Shown here: in pieces, positions 57,596 to 64,000 of the stretch | How the letters are laid out: each line of letters opens with the position of its first letter | Numbering within the stretch: position 1 is the first letter of the stretch | Assembly (NCBI RefSeq): GCF_009914755.1 | Contig: NC_060927.1 | Strand: one strand, 5' to 3' | Source of the DNA: the human T2T-CHM13v2.0 reference genome, Homo sapiens | Length of the DNA: 64,000 nt | Notes under the pieces: generated by a model | The model's database searches: none | What the model saw: only the letters and a program-made list of their open reading frames with translations | Told to the model about the DNA's origin: nothing | Program-made: the position numbers and the translations under genes

Positions 57596-58619
57596 AAAAT
57601 AAATTCCAGAAGAATTAAATGTCTAAATATTATAAACTCTGAAAATATGAGAGTACTTTTGTAGCTTTGATGTAGACTTTTCTCAGTAAGCCACAAAGTA
57701 AAAGATTAACATATGTATGAGTATGTGATAAATAAATCTGAAAATATGCATAATCAGTAATAAATTAGCAGCAAATGTGATTATTTCTGGGGCTAGGACT
57801 GGATGAGGGATATATAAATACAGATATAGATATAGCTATGAAATCTTGGTGATATTTTATATTGTGCTTTGGGTATTTTTCAAAGAAAATATAGTTTAAA
57901 AATAAAGGAATACGGCCTGACCTACAATTTTAGACTAAGTGTATTACTTTCTGGACAGTGGACATATACAAATGGAGTAAGAGGGACTAGAAAATAGGAA
58001 TGGACTAAAAAGCAGAGAAAAATTAAAGGAACTCATCAAACTGCCTCTCCTGTCATTCCTTCCTGCTCAATGAAAGGCTTCAATTTTAGTTTGTGTTGTA
58101 TATTGGTCATTTTAACTTTCAAGGAATAACTAATTCTCAAATTGTATGCTCAATGTAACTCACAAAAAACAAGGAAAGCTTTCTAACTCAATTTGTTTAT
58201 TTATTTAACAAATATTTATTGTGTGCCTGTTTTACTAGATTCTGGGTTTATAGTGTTGAATGGGAGTTCTCATGGAGTTTAAAACCTAGAGAATCATAGT
58301 AAAATTAAGTTATTATTACATGTACAGTTATAAAATTAAAATCTGGCAAAGACAACAAACAGCAAAACAAGAAAAAACAATCCCAGAACACTGAAGGATA
58401 GACAGATTCTATCAAATATTAGTTAATTGAATTTAGTAGTGTATTAGGAGACAGTCATGCCAAAGCCAATTAGGTTTTATTCCAGACATATAAGGATGAT
58501 GCAGCATTTAAAAAAATATATTGGTAATACCATCAGTGGGTAGAAAAAAATACAACATATCATCTCTATAAATGTCAAAAGATGTTTGACATTATCCAAT
58601 ACCTGCTTCTTCATTGAAT

Positions 58620-59630
58620 GTTAATTTATTTAACATAGTGGGGAAGACAGGAGTGACCAAGAAATCGCAATACAGAGAGAAAAGGGATATGTTGATGGAA
58701 GTACAGGTTCTAAGTGGCCAGACATTGAGGACACTTCTCCCATCTTTGTGTATTTGGGAAGGCTTGCTGGTGGAAGAATAGGAGTTAACCAGTAAAGAAG
58801 AAAGAAAAGAATTTGGGACAGAAGAAATAATATTGAGAAAGACCACAAGTTGAGAGAAAATAGAATACAGCTACAGTGTAGAGCTAGAGTTGGCTAGTGG
58901 CTAGAGATGAGGCTCACGGGATGAACTGAGGATCATTTATAACCTTGTAAGCCATTTTAAAGAGTCTGAATTTATTTTTATTTTTATTTTTATTTTTTTT
59001 TGAGACAGAGTTTTGCTTTTGTCGCCCAGGCTAAAGTGCAATGGTGCGATCTTGGCTCACTGCAACCTCTGCCTCCAGGTTCAAGTGATTCTCATACCTC
59101 AGCCTCCCGAGTAGCTGGGATTACAGGCACGTACCACCATGCCCAGCTAATTTTTGTATTTTTAGTAGAGATGGGGTTTCACCACGTTGGCCATGATGGT
59201 CTCAATCTCCTGACCCCATGATCCGCCTGCCTCGGCCTCCCAAAGTGCTGGGACTACAGGCGTGAGCCACCGCGCCAGGCCAAGAGTTTGTACTTTATTC
59301 TAAGAGAAACAGAGAGCTGTTGAAAGACTTTGGGCAGGGGTGGGACATAGTTTTGCACTTCAGAAAGTTCATTTTAGTGGCAATGTGAGAATAAATAGGA
59401 GAGGCTCAGCACTGGTGGTAGCTAAAAGTTCATGTGACAATAGGAAGAGAGGAGATGACAGCATAGATCTAAGGCAGTAGCAGATCTAAGAGGCAGAATT
59501 AAGAGATATTTAGGAGGTAGAATTAAGAAGTCTTAATGATGACTACATATGAAGAGAGGAAGATAAAGGGAACAATCAAGAGCTCCTTGGCTGGAGGTAG
59601 GAGTCAGTAAAAATACTCAGTGACAGTGTT
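58620..59630 (-). mobile_element. L2 LINE fragment split by an Alu
   Basis: ccttgtaagccattttaaagagt | gagtttgtactttattctaag...gagagctgttgaaagacttt...agagatatttaggaggtagaatt. Confidence 0.7.
58971..59281 (-). mobile_element. AluS (Sc-like) SINE
   Basis: Full antisense dimer; TSD-like aagagtctgaattt / aagagtttgtacttt. Confidence 0.94.
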
Positions 59631-59635
59631 ACCAC

Positions 59636-62600
59636 TTTCTTTTTTTTAACTGACATATAATAATTGTACATATTTAATGGATACGTAGTGATGTTGCAAT
59701 ACAAATAATGTATAGTGATCAGATCATGGTAATTAGCATATCTATAGTCTCGAACATTTATCATTTCTTGGTTTTGGGAACACTCAATATCCCTTTTCCA
59801 GCTTTTTGAAACTATGTAATATATTATTGTTGACTATAGTCATCCTCGAGTAGTAGAGAACACTAGAACTCATTTACCCTATCTAGCTATAATTTTATAT
59901 CCTTTAACACATCTCTCACTATCTCCCCCTTTCCCCTATCCTTCCCAGCCTCAAGTATCCTCTGTCCTACTTTTTACTTCTATGAGATCAACTTTTCTTA
60001 GCTTACACATATCAGTGAGAACATACAGTGTTTAACTTACTGTTCCTGGCTTATTTCACTAAACATAATGTCCTCCAGTTTCATCCATGGTATCATCCAT
60101 GGTACCAATAATAAAATAACAACATTGTATTCTTTTTTATGGCTGAATAGTATTCCTTTGTGTACACATAACACATTTGCTTTATCAATTCATCTGTTGT
60201 CGGACAAGGTAGATTTCATATCTTGGCTATTGTGAATAGTGCTGCAATAAACATGGGAGTACAGATGTCTCTTCGATATACTGATTTATTTTCTTTTGGA
60301 TAAATGCCCAGTAGTGGGATTGCTGGATCATATTATAGTTATATTTATAGTTTTTTGAGGAACCTCCATAGTGTTCTTCATAGTGGCTGTACTAGTTTAC
60401 ATTTCCACCAACAGTGAATAAGAGCTCCCTTTTCTATGCATCCTCACCAGTATTTGTTGACTTTTTTGGTCTTTCAAAATAATATTCATTTATAACTGGG
60501 GTGAGATGATACTTTATTGTGGTTTTGATTTGCATTTCCCTGATGACTAGTGATGTTGAGATTTTTTTCATATATATGTTGGTTACTCGTATGTGTTCTT
60601 TTGAGAAATGTCTGTTCAGATCATTTGCCCATTTTAAAAATCAGGTTGTTGGGTTGTTTTTTAGCTATCAAGATGTTCGAGTTTCTTGTGTATCCTGGAT
60701 ATTAATTCCTTGTCAGATGAGTAGTTTGCAAATATTTTGTCCCACTCTATAGGCTGACTTTTCACTCCTTTGATTATTTCCTTTGCTGGCAGAAGCTTTA
60801 TAGTTTGACATAATCCTGTTTGTTTATTATTGCTTTTGTTGTCTGTGCTTTTGAGGCCTTATTAGTAAAATCTTTTCCCAGACCAATGTCCTGAAGGATC
60901 TCCTTATGTTTTCTTCAAGTAATTTTATAATTTCAGGTCTTACATTTAGGTCTTTTGTCCATTTTGTGTTGATTTTTGTACAGAGAGGTGGGGGTTCTAG
61001 TTTTATTCTTCTGCATATGAATACACAGTTTTCCCAGCACCAGCTATTGAAGAGACTGTCTTTCCCCAGTGCATGTTCTTGGTGCCATTGTCAAAAGTCA
61101 TTTGGCTATAAATATGTGGATTAATTTCTGTTTTTTCCATTCTATCCCATTAGTCTATGTGTCTGTTTTTACACAAGTACCATGCTGTTTTGGTAATACA
61201 GCTTTGTAGTATATTTTGATGTCGGGTAGTGCGATGCCTCCAATTTTGTTCTTTTAAATCAACATCAATTTGACTATTCTAGGTCTTGTGATTCCACACA
61301 ACTTTTAAGATTTTTTTTCTATTTCTGTGAAGATGTCATTGGAGTTTTTATAGGTTTTGCATGGACTGTATAGATAGCTTTGGGTAGCATGGTCATTTCA
61401 ACAATATGAATTCTTCTGATTTATGAGCATGAAATGCTTTTCCATTTGTTTGTGTCCTCTTCAATTTATTTGATCAGTATTTTGTAATTTCCCTTGTAGA
61501 GAGGTCTTTCACCTCCTTGCTTAAATTTATTCTTAGGGTATTTTTTTGTAGCTATTATAAATGAAATTGCCTTTTTGATTTCTTTTTAAGCTAGTTCATT
61601 GTTTGTGTATTGAAATGCTATTGATCTTTGTATATTAATTTTCTTCCCTGCAATTTACTGAATTTGTTTATCAGTTCTAAGAGTTTATGATAAAATCTTT
61701 AGGTTTTTATAAATATAAGATCCTGTCATCTGCAAAGTGGAGAAATTTAACTTCCTCATTTCCAATTTGGATGCCCTTTATTTCTTACTCTTGTCTTAAT
61801 TGCTCTGGCCAGGACCTCCAGTACTGTATTGAATAAGAGCCATGAGAGGGGGCATACTTGTCTTTTTCCTGTTCTTAGAAAAAAAGGTTTCAGCTTTTTC
61901 CCAGTTAGTATCATGTTAGCTGTGGGTTTTTTACGTATGGCCTTTATTGTGTTGATGTAGTTTCCTTTTATTCCTAATTTATTGAGAAGTTTTATCATGA
62001 AGGGGTGTTGAATTTTATCAAATGCTGTTTCTACATCTACATCTATAATCATATAGTTTTGTCCTTCATTCTATTGATGTGATGTATCATATTTATTAAT
62101 TTTCATATGTTGGACCAACTTTGCATTCTTGGGATAAATTCTACTTGACCATGGTGTACTATTTTCTTGATGTATTGTTGGATTAATTTTGCTAGTATAC
62201 ATGCAGGTTTTTCATGTATGTTCCTCAAGGATATTGGCCTCTAGTTTTCTTCTCTTGTGTCCTTGGGTTTGGTATCAGGATTATGTTGGCCTCACAGAAT
62301 GAAGCATTCCCTCTGCTTCAAATTTTTGGAAGAGTTTGAGAATAGTTTGTGTTAATTGTACTTTATAGGTTGGACAGAATTCAGTGGTAAAGCCATCCCT
62401 TTCCTGGACTTTTCTTGGTTGGGAGATTTTTAATGAATGAGTCAATCTTGTTACTTATTATTGGTCTGTTTGGGATTTTTATTTCTTCTTGGTTCAATAT
62501 TGGCAGGTTGTATATGTTCAGAAATTTATTTTTTTCTCTAGGTTTTAAAATTTATTGGCATATAGTTGCTCATAGTAGTCTCTAATGATCCTCTATTTCT

Positions 62601-62885
62601 GTGGTATCTGTTGTGGCATCTCTTTTTTTGTTTTTGATTTTATTTATTTGGGTCTTCTTTCTCTTTTTTTAGTTAATCTAGTTCACAGCCTGTCAATTTT
62701 GTATATCTTAAAAAACAACTTTTTGTTTACTTGATCTTTTGTATTGTTTTTCTAGTCTCAATTGTGTATATTCCTGCTCTAATCTTTATTATTATTATTT
62801 TTGTGCTCATTTTGGGTTTGTTTTTGGTCTTGCTTTTCTAGTTCCTCAAGATGCACCATTAGGTTGTTTATTTCAATTTTTCTAA
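59636..62885 (-). mobile_element. L1MA4/5-like LINE-1 (3'UTR and ORF2, antisense)
   Basis: 3' end aataattgtacatattt...tgatcagatcatggtaattagcatatc; ORF 61756-62052 [10 protein letters not shown]...GKRQVCPLS. Confidence 0.9.
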
Positions 62886-64000
62886 TTATTTATTTATTTT
62901 TATAATTTCAACTTTTACTTTAGATTCAAGGGGTACATGTGCAGGTTTGTGACCTGAATAAACTGTGTGATGGTTTGGGGTATGACTGATGTTGTCACCC
63001 AGGTACTGGATATAGTAACCAATAGTTAGTTTTTCAACCCTTGCCGGCTTGCTTCTATTCCTCCTCCTTTTAGAAGTCCTCAGGGTCTACTGTTGCCATC
63101 TTTATGTCCATAAGTACCCAATGCTTAGCTCCCACTAATAAGTGAGAATGTGTGGTATTTGGTTTTCTGTTCCTGTGTCAATTTGCTTAGGATAATGACT
63201 CCCAGCTACATCCATGTTGCTGCAAAGGACATGCTTTTATTCCTTTTTATGGCTGCATACTATTGCATAGTGCATATATACCACATTTTCTTTATCCAGT
63301 CCTCCTTTGATAGATACCTAGGCTGATTCCACATCTTTGCTATTGTGAATAACACTGCAATGAACATATGGGTGCCTTTTTATAAAACAATTTATTTTAT
63401 TTGGATATATACCCAGTAATAGATTCCTGGTTGAATGGTAGTTCTATTTTAAGTTCCTTGAGAAATCTCCAAATTGCTATCCACAGTGGCTGAACTAATT
63501 TGCAGTCCTACCAACAGTATGTGAGTATTCCCTCTTCTCTGCAGCCTCTGCATCTGGTGCTTTTTGGTTTCTCACTGTGGTTCGATTTGCTTCTCTGATG
63601 ATTAGTGAGATGGAGCATTTTTTCATATGTTTATTGGCCACTTGTATGTCTTCTTTTGAGAAGTGTCTGTTCAAGTCTTTTGCCCATTTTTTAATGGGTA
63701 GTTATTTATTTTTTGCCTGTTCAATTGTTCAAGTTCCTTATAGAGTCTGGATATTAAATCTTTGTTGGATTTTGCGAATATTTTCTTCCATTCTGTAGGT
63801 TGTCTGTTTACTCCCCCCCCTTTTTTTTTTTTTAAGAGATGAGGACTCCCTATGTTGCCTTGAGTTGTCTTGAACTCCTGGGCTCAAGCCATACTCCTGC
63901 CTTGGCCTCCCAAAGTGCTGGGATTACAGGAGTGAGCCACCAAGCTCAGCCTGATAGTTTCTTTTGCTGTGCAGAAGCTCTTTAATTTAACTGGGTCCCA
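62886..64000 (-). mobile_element. L1PA15/16-like 3' end, running off the window
   Basis: tttagattcaaggggtacatgtgcaggtttgt...cccaggtact...tagtttttcaaccctt. Confidence 0.85.
63821..63951 (-). mobile_element. Alu monomer (FLAM_C-like or AluJ left arm)
   Basis: Poly(T), ctatgttgcc, gaactcctgggctcaagc, ctcccaaagtgctgggattacagg; about 130 bp. Confidence 0.85.

Overview
AT-rich primate (most likely human or great ape) non-coding DNA, intergenic or deep intronic. No protein-coding exon, tRNA or rRNA gene, or CRISPR array can be supported. The supplied ORFs are L1 ORF1/ORF2 remnants, a decayed Tigger transposase, Alu-derived frames, frames opened by a 45-bp VNTR, or chance. The window is mostly transposable elements: L1s from L1ME to L1PA2 age, about 10 Alus, MIR/L2, a near full-length Tigger2 and many solo LTRs, eight of them ERV1-class between 30.7 and 40.6 kb. 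Subfamily names are from recalled consensus sequences, not a search. The most unusual signals are (i) several short locally templated copies (35-180 bp, inverted or direct) placed at repeat junctions, plus two adjacent perfect hairpins, which look like ancient template-switch repair scars; (ii) a young L1PA2 fragment with poly(T) at one end and poly(A) at the other inside a 16-bp TSD; (iii) a TSD-flanked L1PA12/13 with an ORF1-ORF2 deletion at a microhomology; (iv) a cluster of LTRs carrying octamer and AP-1 motifs. I found no convincing new gene system.
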